From Chlamydiota bacterium (GTDB lineage Bacteria > Chlamydiota > Chlamydiia > Chlamydiales > Rhabdochlamydiaceae), in the NCBI GenBank assembly GCA_013285775.1, contig JABDHB010000001.1, positions 1 through 52,526 on the forward strand: a DNA stretch of 52,526 bases, written 5' to 3'. Of this stretch, positions 44,678-52,526 are shown piece by piece. Within the stretch, counting starts at the first letter, position 1; each line of letters starts with the position of its first letter. The notes below the pieces were generated by a model, which did no database searches, was not told where the DNA came from, and saw nothing but the letters and a program-made list of their open reading frames with translations. The position numbers and the translations under genes were made by a program.

Positions 44678-46024
44678 TTGCAATATATGTTTAAAACAAA
44701 TTTAGGAAACAAGATCCATTTTACGAGCCTAGGGTGTGCACGCAATCTCGTGGACTCTGAGGTGATGCTCGGCATTTTACTAAGGTCGGGATATGAGGCT
44801 ACAGATAAGATCGAAGATGCAGATTATCTCGTAGTAAACACCTGCGGTTTTTTGTCTGCTTCGCGCAAAGAATCATGTGACACAATTGATGGGCTGATGC
44901 AAGAGAAGAAAGCTGGCGCAAAAGTGGTTGTCACAGGATGTATGGTGCAGAACCATAGTTCAGAAATTAAGGAGAAATTTAAGGATGTCCACTACTTCTT
45001 AGGTTCTGGTGATGTGGAAAAAATTCTGGAGGCAATACAAGCTCCAGGTCCTGGAGAAGCAATCACGAGTGCAAAGAGTTATATCCAGCTTGGAGAAGTT
45101 CCTCGTCAGCTCTCTACTCCAAAGCATTTTGCTTATCTAAAGATTGCAGAAGGGTGTGCAAAGCGATGTGCTTTTTGCATTATTCCAACGATTAAAGGCC
45201 CCTTAAAGAGTAAGCCTGTAGAGCAGATTCTTAAAGAATTTGAGCTCCTTCTTTCAGGTGGAGTGAAGGAAGTGATCTTGATTGCTCAGGATTTGGGAGA
45301 CTTTGGAAAAGACAGGGGAGAAGTAAAAGGTCTTGAGAACTTATTAAAAGAGATGCTTAAAGTGAAAAAAGACTTTTGGCTCCGCCTTCTCTATCTTTAT
45401 CCTGATGAAATCACAGAAGATCTTATCGAGATTATGGAAAAAGATTCCCGTATCTGCGCGTATCTCGATATGCCGATCCAACATATCAATAATGAAATGC
45501 TCAAAAGCATGCGAAGAAAAACATCCAAAGAGCAAATCATTCATACAATTGAGACCTTAAGAAAAAGGATCCCTTCTATTGTGATTAGAACAAGTTTGAT
45601 GGTGGGATTTCCTGGCGAGACAGAAGAGCAGTTTGAAGAGCTTATCCAGTTTGTTCAAAAGCATCCGCTTGATAACGTAGGTATTTTTAAATATTCAAAA
45701 GAGGAAAAATCTTCTTCTGCAAAATTTGAAGGACATTTAAGCGAAGAGATTAAAGATCGCCGTTATGAAAAGCTCGCAAAGGCTCAGATGAAGGTTTTGA
45801 AAAAGAGAAATAAAGCTTATATCGGCAAAAAACTTCGAGTGATTGTTGAGGGTTACCATCCTGAAACAGAACTTCTCATGCGCGCAAGATTCTATGGACA
45901 ATGTCCTGAAATTGATGGACAGATCATTATTAACGATGGGCGCAAAGTCAAAGCCTTTGGCGAATTTTACGAAGTAGAAATCACAGATGCCTCTGAATTT
46001 GATTTGATAGGGCGCGTTCTGTGA
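44678..46024 (+). CDS. rimO: ribosomal protein S12 methylthiotransferase RimO (radical SAM, MiaB family)
   Basis: 448 aa. N-terminal IHFTSLGCARNLVDSEVMLG, radical-SAM cluster motif CAKRCAFC, and a C-terminal TRAM domain (KLRVIVEG....ARFYGQCPEIDG...). Confidence 0.85.
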   Translation: MQYMFKTNLGNKIHFTSLGCARNLVDSEVMLGILLRSGYEATDKIEDADYLVVNTCGFLSASRKESCDTIDGLMQEKKAGAKVVVTGCMVQNHSSEIKEKFKDVHYFLGSGDVEKILEAIQAPGPGEAITSAKSYIQLGEVPRQLSTPKHFAYLKIAEGCAKRCAFCIIPTIKGPLKSKPVEQILKEFELLLSGGVKEVILIAQDLGDFGKDRGEVKGLENLLKEMLKVKKDFWLRLLYLYPDEITEDLIEIMEKDSRICAYLDMPIQHINNEMLKSMRRKTSKEQIIHTIETLRKRIPSIVIRTSLMVGFPGETEEQFEELIQFVQKHPLDNVGIFKYSKEEKSSSAKFEGHLSEEIKDRRYEKLAKAQMKVLKKRNKAYIGKKLRVIVEGYHPETELLMRARFYGQCPEIDGQIIINDGRKVKAFGEFYEVEITDASEFDLIGRVL

Positions 46025-47166
46025 TGATTGTATTAAAACCTGGTAGAGAAAAGTCGGTATTACGAGGCCATCCTTGGATATTTTCAGGGGCAATTGCGCG
46101 TGCGCCTAAATTTTCTAATGGGGATATCCTTCCTGTTCATGATCATGAGGGGAAATTTCTTGCGCTTGCTTACTTTCATACAGAAAATAGCATAGCTGGG
46201 CGCATTTTAAGTTTTAAGCAGCAAAATATAGAGGAAATTTTAAGAGAAAAATTGCTCGCTGCTTTTACTATGCGGAAATCTCTTTTACAAAATTCTAATT
46301 GTTTTCGTCATATCAATGCGGAAGGAGATGGTCTATCTGGTCTCATCATTGACTATTATGACAATGTGTTTGTCATCCAAATCAGTACCATTGGAATGGA
46401 TCGGCTCAAGCCTTTGCTTGTTACTCTTTTTGTAGAGCTTTTTAAACCCAAAGCTGTTTATGAAAAGTCCCTTTCCTCTTCGCGTAAGCAAGAAGGTTTG
46501 AGTGAGAGTGAGGGAACACTTTACGGTGCTCTCCCAGAAGAAATAGAAGTGAGTGAAAATGGGGTAAAGTTTCTTGTCTCCATTACGAAAGGGCAAAAGA
46601 CAGGTCTTTTTCTTGATCAGCGAAGCATGCGAAAAAAGATAGAATCTTATGCAAAAGACAAGCGTGTGCTAAATTGTTTTTCCTATACAGGCGGATTTTC
46701 CCTTTTTGCTTTGAAAGGTGGCGCATCAGAAGTTGTCAGTATTGATAGTTGTAAAACAGCTTCAGCTTATGCTCAAAAGAACACAGAACTAAATCATTTT
46801 TCTCATCATACGATCCATGTTTCTGATGTCTTTGACTTTTTAAGGAACGACCCGTTAAATTTCAATCTAGTGATCTTAGATCCCCCAGCTTTTGCAAAAA
46901 AACGGAATGATGTGGAACAAGCTTGCAAAGGATACATCGAGCTTAATCGCCTAGCTATCGAAAAAATGCCTCCCGCTTCTCTTCTCCTTACGTGTTCTTG
47001 CTCTTACTTTATCGACCAAAATCTTTTCCAAAACCTCATTTCCCAAGCTTCTTGCAATCGGAATGTGCGCATCTTAGAAAAACACTCTCAAGCCATCGAT
47101 CATCCCACCAACATCCATCATCCCGAAGGGGAATATCTCAAAAGTCTTCTCCTCTACATCGAATAA
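46021..47166 (+). CDS. rlmI: class I SAM-dependent rRNA methyltransferase, RlmI-like (PUA-like N-terminal domain plus methyltransferase)
   Basis: 381 aa. LKPGREKSVLRGHPWIFSGAI, QKTGLFLDQR, VLNCFSYTGGFS, ILDPPAFAK. 4-nt overlap with rimO. Confidence 0.8.
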   Translation: MMIVLKPGREKSVLRGHPWIFSGAIARAPKFSNGDILPVHDHEGKFLALAYFHTENSIAGRILSFKQQNIEEILREKLLAAFTMRKSLLQNSNCFRHINAEGDGLSGLIIDYYDNVFVIQISTIGMDRLKPLLVTLFVELFKPKAVYEKSLSSSRKQEGLSESEGTLYGALPEEIEVSENGVKFLVSITKGQKTGLFLDQRSMRKKIESYAKDKRVLNCFSYTGGFSLFALKGGASEVVSIDSCKTASAYAQKNTELNHFSHHTIHVSDVFDFLRNDPLNFNLVILDPPAFAKKRNDVEQACKGYIELNRLAIEKMPPASLLLTCSCSYFIDQNLFQNLISQASCNRNVRILEKHSQAIDHPTNIHHPEGEYLKSLLLYIE

Positions 47167-47174
47167 TTCACCCT

Positions 47175-47190
47175 TTATCGCTTCGCGATA
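47175..47190. repeat. solitary repeat family A hairpin module
   Basis: ttatcgcttcgcgata lies 9 nt after the rlmI stop. It is the same atcgc-ttc-gcgat module that tiles the family A arms. Confidence 0.6.
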
Positions 47191-47258
47191 GAAAAAAGAA
47201 TTGAAGAGAAGCAACCCATCATTTATACCTAAAATAAATAAGATAATTTTGGGGAAAC

Positions 47259-50200
47259 ATGAAAAAGTCGAAAATCGCGTTAAGTATTGTGTGTATTCTT
47301 TCTACGAATATGAGTTTTGCCAATAGTGTTACATGGTCGGGCACAACAAACTCAGACTGGAGCGTTGCTGCCAATTGGGGCGGGACTGCTCTTTCTGGAG
47401 GGGTAACGCCTGCTACTCTCACATTCCCAGCTACAATAGCAAGTGGCCGGTACATATCAACTTATACTTTCGGTCATCCCATTTCAAATCTTTCTGTAGG
47501 GACATTTGCAGTACCTACTGCTAATGCTTATACAATTCAAGGTTCTCAGGATGCCGTTTCTCCGTTTACTATTCTGCCGATCCCAATGGCTACAAATACA
47601 AGTATCTCAATTGGCCCAGGAGGGACAGCTCGTCCTACTTTTAACTACCTACAGGCTAACGGGAGCTTAACACTAACTAAAGCAAATACAACCACTACAC
47701 TTCCGACAGTTGTTAATTCTATCATCGGTGCAGGGGTATCTGCAGGAGGTGATTCTGTGATTTTTACTACTTCAGGCTCGCCTTCCACAAATTCAGGATT
47801 TCAATATGGGCAAACGATAGCTCATGGCTTTGGAGCTAATAGTTATAGCGGTGGTACCACGATAACCACACTCGGTTCATCTGCTGCAACTCTTAATATA
47901 CAATGTACTGCTGCTAATATATTCCCCTCTGCTACTGCGCCAATAGCTACTTTGACTTTCAATGGAGGTACTTTAGATTTAAATGCATTTAATCAAGCAA
48001 TAGATAGTATTACTAATAGTGGAGGGCCATCTCTTGCTATCATTGAAAATACAAGTATCGCAACAACTGCCGCTTTAACTATTGGATCTTTTACAACTTC
48101 AGGAAACCTTAACTCAACAATAAATGGACAGATAGGACCCTCAGGAAGTGCCAACCTTAGTTTAACTAAATCAGGAACGGGTACTCTGAGCATTCTTAAT
48201 AACACGGCACCTCAAAATCTATATTCTCATGGAACGACTTTAAATGGAGGAACAATTAAAGTAACGGACGCTACTAATTTAGGAAGCGGTACCTTTGTTT
48301 TTCAGAATTTAGATACGTCAGGCGGTGACATTACTCTTGATTTTAATATAACTACAACAAATAAGACATTTACTAATAGTATCACACTTAATGCACCCGG
48401 CACAGGTGCAATGGGCGGAATTGTGATCAGCAACACAGGTTTTCAACCGACCCTTACAGGGCCGATTACAGGTCCTGCAGGAAGTCCCTCTTTGCAACTT
48501 AATGCTGGCTCTTCAACTTTACAGCTTCTGCCTGTTGCAGATAGTACCTATCCTGGTGGAACCAATTTGCTGGGTGGAACTATTATAGCCTTTCGATTGA
48601 CTGCAGGGACTATAAATGCACTAGGCTATGGGCCTATAACCTTTAACGGAGGGAATTTAACGCTTGGAGATCAAATATTAGCTTCTTTCACTCTCTCTAA
48701 TACTAGTCCTCACAATAACATCCTTACTATGACGCAAGGTGGTTCAATAGATTGTAATGCAGCGAGCGTAACCCTTGGCGACAACATGAATACAGGGGCA
48801 GACATTATTACTGGTAGTGGGGTTCTTACTTTTAAAAATTCTTTGTCGAACTCAGGCGGTTTTATTATTCCTTATGCAAATAGCAGTTACTCTGCAGGAG
48901 TTGTTTTATCTAGTGGAATTGTATCGATAGGAAATGCTCAGAGCTTAGGAACAGGCATTATTAATTTAAGTGGAGGGGAATTATCACCTTCTGTTTCTTT
49001 AACGCTCGCAAATGGACTAAATGTAACAGCAAATTCAACCATAAATTCAGGGACAGGAATCAATACTGTTCTTTCCAATTCGGTAGCGGGAATTAATAGT
49101 CCGATTTTAACTTTAAGCGGATCTGGGACTACTGCAATAAATTCAGTTAGTGTGACTGATACTGGCGTATTTACCATTAGCGGAAACATTGCAGGCTCCC
49201 AAGCTTTGAATATAGCAGCTGGCAGTGGAACCCTTAATTTGCCTTTAGCTAGCAGCTACGCAGGTGGGACAAATTTGAATAGCGGGATTCTCTCTGTTGG
49301 AGATCCGGCAAGTTTAGGTAGTGGAACATTGGCTATGAGCGCCGGAACAACTCTCATCCCTTCTGTTACTCTTACCTTGCCAAATGCAGTAAATGTTACA
49401 GGAGATGCAACGATTGCCGCTGCAAATAGCGCAAATGCGATATTCTCAGGTCTTTTAACAGGAACAGATGGAACAACTTTAACATTAAACGGAATGGGAA
49501 CCACTGCTCTTGAACAAATCGCAGTAAACGGGACTGATGCGTTTGTCGTAAGTGGAGGAATTGGAGGCTCTCAGCCATTAACAAAAACAGGAACTGGATT
49601 GCTCACATTCCCTTTAGGAAACGACAATCAATGTGGAAGTGTGGAAGTTGCAGGAGGAGAACTTGCAGTTTTGGGAACATTAACTGCAAACACCACTCTC
49701 ACAGTTGATTCTGGTGCAACGCTCTCTGGAACAGGGACTGTAACTGGAGATGTGATAAATAATGGCTTTGTAGCGCCAGGAGCAAGTCCTGGACAGTTTT
49801 TCTTTGTAGGAAACTACATCGATAATAATACTTTTGTGGAAGCGATTACTCCTACTATAGGGGCTGAGCTATTTGTTACTGGGAATGTCATCATCAACTC
49901 TGGCACTACTTTTCAAATAGTACCTGATCTAACGATGGGTGCTTACACCTCGGGGACCACGTACACAGTGATCGATGCAACAGGTAGTGTTACTGGGAAA
50001 TATCAAACCCTCACTTCCACAGCTCCTTTAATTGTGGGAACTCTTTCTTATGTAGGCTCTACTGTAGTGCTAACTTTAGGTTCACCGCCACCGGTTCAGA
50101 CGGTTGTAACAGGTGGAAATGCCGGCAAAGTGGCAGCTGCCATAGACGCAGTCAATGCATCGGGAAACACAGCGCTTAAAGGAATCGCTGATTCTCTCAT

Positions 50201-51230
50201 GCATTTAACGCTTGATCAATTAATTAGCGCGCTTAATGCGATGGATCCTTCCCGTTTTAAAGGACTGGGAATTGTCCAAGAAAATAATGGTGTGATTGTG
50301 CAAGAAGCGCTTACACAGAGATTTCAAGTTGTACTAGATGGAAAGCATTGCTATGACCCTTGTCCTCAAGAGTGTGAACCTGATTATGATGTGAATCTAT
50401 GGGCTGCAGGGATGGGAGATTATCTGCATCAGTCAAATACCCACTTTTTTGGAAGCCCTGTTGCTGGCTACAGAGATAGCACAGGGGGAATTGTTACAGG
50501 GGCGGACTACAATTTTTCTAAGTATTTCTATGCAGGGGCTCTTGCCGCTTATACTCATTCACATATGAAATGGAACAATCAGCAAGGAAGTGGTGATATT
50601 AATAGCGGCTACGGAGGGCTTTATTTCTCTATGCTTGGGAGAATATTTTACGGCAACCTCTCTGTTATTGGAGCGTGGAGCGGCTATGATGCAAAAAGAA
50701 ACATCATCTATCCTGGAGTATCTCAAACAGCAAAAAATAATCACCATGGAAATCAAATTTTATCTCACGTAGACACAGGATTCAACCTTGGATACAAAGC
50801 TCTTACCATCCGCCCATTTGATTCTCTTGATTGGATCTTCCAAAAAGAGAGTTCTTTTGTAGAACATGGAGCTGGAGCCTATGATTTATCTGTAAAAAGC
50901 ACTCGTGCAAATATGCTCCGCAATGAGCTTGGGCTTAACCTCGCAGCTAGCCGCAGAAGCGAAAAAATCCAAACAACGATCGATGGAAAAGTGGGCTGGG
51001 TAAGAGAAGTGCGTATGAGTGGCAAGACTGTACAATCAGAATTTGTCACAACAGATGTTCCTTTTACTACCATTGGCTTCTTTCCTAATCGGAACCTCTT
51101 GTCTTTGGGAGGCAGCCTAACCGCTACCACCTCAGATGATCTATTGACCTTCACTCTTTACTACAATGGAGTTTTTGGGAACAGATACTCAGATAGCAAC
51201 GTTGGTGGAGAGATCTGTGTTGCTTTCTAA
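47259..51230 (+). CDS. large autotransporter: PATR-type beta-helical passenger plus C-terminal beta-barrel
   Basis: 1323 aa. Signal MKKSKIALSIVCILSTNMSFANS. The opening NSVTWSGTTNSDWSVAANWGG is typical of autotransporter-associated beta-strand (PATR) repeats. Gly/Thr/Ser/Asn-rich units of ~110 aa are iterated (..LGSGTL...SVTLTLPN..NVT..). The last ~280 aa are Tyr/Gly-rich alternating strands ending ..GGEICVAF. Confidence 0.85.
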   Translation: MKKSKIALSIVCILSTNMSFANSVTWSGTTNSDWSVAANWGGTALSGGVTPATLTFPATIASGRYISTYTFGHPISNLSVGTFAVPTANAYTIQGSQDAVSPFTILPIPMATNTSISIGPGGTARPTFNYLQANGSLTLTKANTTTTLPTVVNSIIGAGVSAGGDSVIFTTSGSPSTNSGFQYGQTIAHGFGANSYSGGTTITTLGSSAATLNIQCTAANIFPSATAPIATLTFNGGTLDLNAFNQAIDSITNSGGPSLAIIENTSIATTAALTIGSFTTSGNLNSTINGQIGPSGSANLSLTKSGTGTLSILNNTAPQNLYSHGTTLNGGTIKVTDATNLGSGTFVFQNLDTSGGDITLDFNITTTNKTFTNSITLNAPGTGAMGGIVISNTGFQPTLTGPITGPAGSPSLQLNAGSSTLQLLPVADSTYPGGTNLLGGTIIAFRLTAGTINALGYGPITFNGGNLTLGDQILASFTLSNTSPHNNILTMTQGGSIDCNAASVTLGDNMNTGADIITGSGVLTFKNSLSNSGGFIIPYANSSYSAGVVLSSGIVSIGNAQSLGTGIINLSGGELSPSVSLTLANGLNVTANSTINSGTGINTVLSNSVAGINSPILTLSGSGTTAINSVSVTDTGVFTISGNIAGSQALNIAAGSGTLNLPLASSYAGGTNLNSGILSVGDPASLGSGTLAMSAGTTLIPSVTLTLPNAVNVTGDATIAAANSANAIFSGLLTGTDGTTLTLNGMGTTALEQIAVNGTDAFVVSGGIGGSQPLTKTGTGLLTFPLGNDNQCGSVEVAGGELAVLGTLTANTTLTVDSGATLSGTGTVTGDVINNGFVAPGASPGQFFFVGNYIDNNTFVEAITPTIGAELFVTGNVIINSGTTFQIVPDLTMGAYTSGTTYTVIDATGSVTGKYQTLTSTAPLIVGTLSYVGSTVVLTLGSPPPVQTVVTGGNAGKVAAAIDAVNASGNTALKGIADSLMHLTLDQLISALNAMDPSRFKGLGIVQENNGVIVQEALTQRFQVVLDGKHCYDPCPQECEPDYDVNLWAAGMGDYLHQSNTHFFGSPVAGYRDSTGGIVTGADYNFSKYFYAGALAAYTHSHMKWNNQQGSGDINSGYGGLYFSMLGRIFYGNLSVIGAWSGYDAKRNIIYPGVSQTAKNNHHGNQILSHVDTGFNLGYKALTIRPFDSLDWIFQKESSFVEHGAGAYDLSVKSTRANMLRNELGLNLAASRRSEKIQTTIDGKVGWVREVRMSGKTVQSEFVTTDVPFTTIGFFPNRNLLSLGGSLTATTSDDLLTFTLYYNGVFGNRYSDSNVGGEICVAF

Positions 51231-51263
51231 AAATAGCTTGCGCAAGTTTTGGGCCTAAGTTAT

Positions 51264-51716
51264 ATGGAAACTATGAAATTCAGATTTATCAGGACACAAG
51301 ACCCTGAATATACGACAGAGCTCATGCTCCGTTGGGAGAATTTGCGAAAGCCGCTGGGACTGCCCCCTGGCTCTGAAGTTCTCCCTGAAGATAAAGAAAG
51401 CCTCCACTATACTGCTTATGATAAAAAGCAAATGGTAGGCTGCGTCGTCTTTTATCCAGAGAATAAAGAGAAAGGGCGCCTCTATCAAATGGCTGTTAGC
51501 GAAGAATATCGGGGAAAAGGGTTTGGGAGGCAGATGATTGCTACTCTCGAGCAGTTTCTTGCAAAAAACGGCTACAAAGAAGTCTATCTTTTCGTACGTG
51601 ATGAGAGCATCGGCTTTTACAAAAGAATGGGGTATCATTTAAACGGTGAGAGCAGCCAGCTCGCTGGCGTGCCCCACCTTTTAATGACGAAAACGATTTC
51701 AGTTTTGGACGAGTAA
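51264..51716 (+). CDS. GNAT family N-acetyltransferase
   Basis: 150 aa from ATG 51264. Acetyl-CoA-binding motif LYQMAVSEEYRGKGFGRQMI, then FYKRMGY. Confidence 0.85.
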   Translation: METMKFRFIRTQDPEYTTELMLRWENLRKPLGLPPGSEVLPEDKESLHYTAYDKKQMVGCVVFYPENKEKGRLYQMAVSEEYRGKGFGRQMIATLEQFLAKNGYKEVYLFVRDESIGFYKRMGYHLNGESSQLAGVPHLLMTKTISVLDE

Positions 51717-52361
51717 AAACTGTTTTTCTTCTTCTGTTCCATTAATCGTAGAAAGATCAGGACATTTCGCTTTAAATGCGTCTAGCGAATTTGTTGCAAT
51801 AAGAGAGTGAAGAGGGATTGTTGTATGGCGTTGCAAAAAGCTTGTAATGTCGTTAATCTCACGACTTTCTTTCTCAAGCTTACAGTGACTAGTCTGGTAC
51901 ATTTTATTGGCTAACGCAGCGATTATACCACCCAAAGCGCAAGACGCAAAAGCAGTTCCAACAATAGCAAAGGAATAGCCTAATTGCGTTCCTTCTAGGT
52001 TGTTCAGTTGGCTAAATGCCTGATGATATTGAGAAACTAAATCGGAGGGAGCTTGTGACCAACCACCATGCATCATGATTTGATTCCGTAACAAGTCAAT
52101 CTGAGAGCTTGATGCATCAACTTGTGGTTGGAGTGCATGGGCCTTTTGTCCGCAGATCACAGCTGCTAAAACACATCCCCCAATAAGGATAAGAATTGTG
52201 ACAATGGCAATTTTACGCACTCTTTGATCCCGGTTGTGCCTATCGACAAACGTTTGTCTGTTGATTGTTTGCCCGTCGTCATTTGTAAAATCTTTCCAGC
52301 CATCCCGTGCAGCGCCAGTGCTTACATATTCAGTACCATTCATTGATGGAATTTTAACCAT
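51699..52361 (-). CDS. hypothetical membrane protein with two well-separated TM helices
   Basis: 220 aa. IAIVTILILIGGCVLAAVICG and FAIVGTAFASCALGGIIAALA are separated by ~70 aa. AT-rich upstream region. No recognised family. Confidence 0.55.
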   Translation of the reverse strand: MVKIPSMNGTEYVSTGAARDGWKDFTNDDGQTINRQTFVDRHNRDQRVRKIAIVTILILIGGCVLAAVICGQKAHALQPQVDASSSQIDLLRNQIMMHGGWSQAPSDLVSQYHQAFSQLNNLEGTQLGYSFAIVGTAFASCALGGIIAALANKMYQTSHCKLEKESREINDITSFLQRHTTIPLHSLIATNSLDAFKAKCPDLSTINGTEEEKQFLLVQN

Positions 52362-52526
52362 AATAACCCCCTGTTATCTGTTTTATTTTTAAGTAGTATA
52401 TAATAAACATATTAATATTTAATAAATTTAATTGATTAAATTTATTTGTATTGTTATTTTGAAGTATTAATAATTTTAATTTAATGAGGATGGGGCTATT
52501 CTTCGTCCCTCAGGGACATAGGTTTA

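Noticed and set aside
47259-51230. Assignment of the autotransporter to the chlamydial Pmp family
   Set aside because: Visual scanning found no GGA(I/L/V) motif and almost no FxxN motif. The N-terminal signature is that of PATR-type autotransporters. It is kept as a generic autotransporter.
1-52526. Prophage, genomic island, IS element or conjugative module
   Set aside because: No integrase, transposase, phage structural, relaxase or type IV secretion genes are recognisable in any frame. Both tRNA genes are flanked by housekeeping genes, and I noticed no direct repeat of either tRNA 3' end.

Overview
This is a 52.5-kb chromosomal segment, about 40% GC by eye, that looks like it comes from an environmental, amoeba-associated member of the phylum Chlamydiae. 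The taxonomic call is an inference. It rests on gene order matching Chlamydia trachomatis (acpP-fabG-fabD-fabH / recR / omp85(bamA)-ompH(skp)-lpxD), a plant-type FabI, candidate Inc-like bilobed membrane proteins, and a protein combining F-box-like, LRR-like and MORN domains.

Most of the window is housekeeping:
- fabI, folC, and a thrS-like remnant followed by infC-rpmI-rplT-pheS
- tRNA-Val(GAC) and tRNA-Ser(UGA)
- an M16 insulinase-type protease
- lpxD-skp-bamA, recR, fabH-fabD-fabG-acpP
- potABCD, trxB, acpS, a YacL-like PIN/TRAM protein, lgt
- oppABCDF, rimO, rlmI, a 1323-aa autotransporter and a GNAT acetyltransferase

Between these lie lineage-specific membrane and coiled-coil orphans that could be effectors.

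The main structure not explained by genes is at least six unrelated families (A-F) of GC-rich nested palindromic repeats. By my coordinates they total about 1.9 kb, or 3-4% of the window. They sit at convergent gene ends and operon boundaries, and no transposase, IS, prophage or CRISPR is visible. Several copies run into coding sequence. One family C copy encodes the entire predicted lipoprotein signal peptide of OppA. An identical 36-nt family F unit contributes the 3' end (last codons, and for acpS the stop codon) of two unrelated genes.

Other notable points are a thrS relic at the ancestral thrS-infC position that is broken at a G7 tract, an orphan FliO-like gene, and a possible Inc-anchored F-box/LRR/MORN protein. 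All product calls come from reading the ORF translations by eye. No database search was run.
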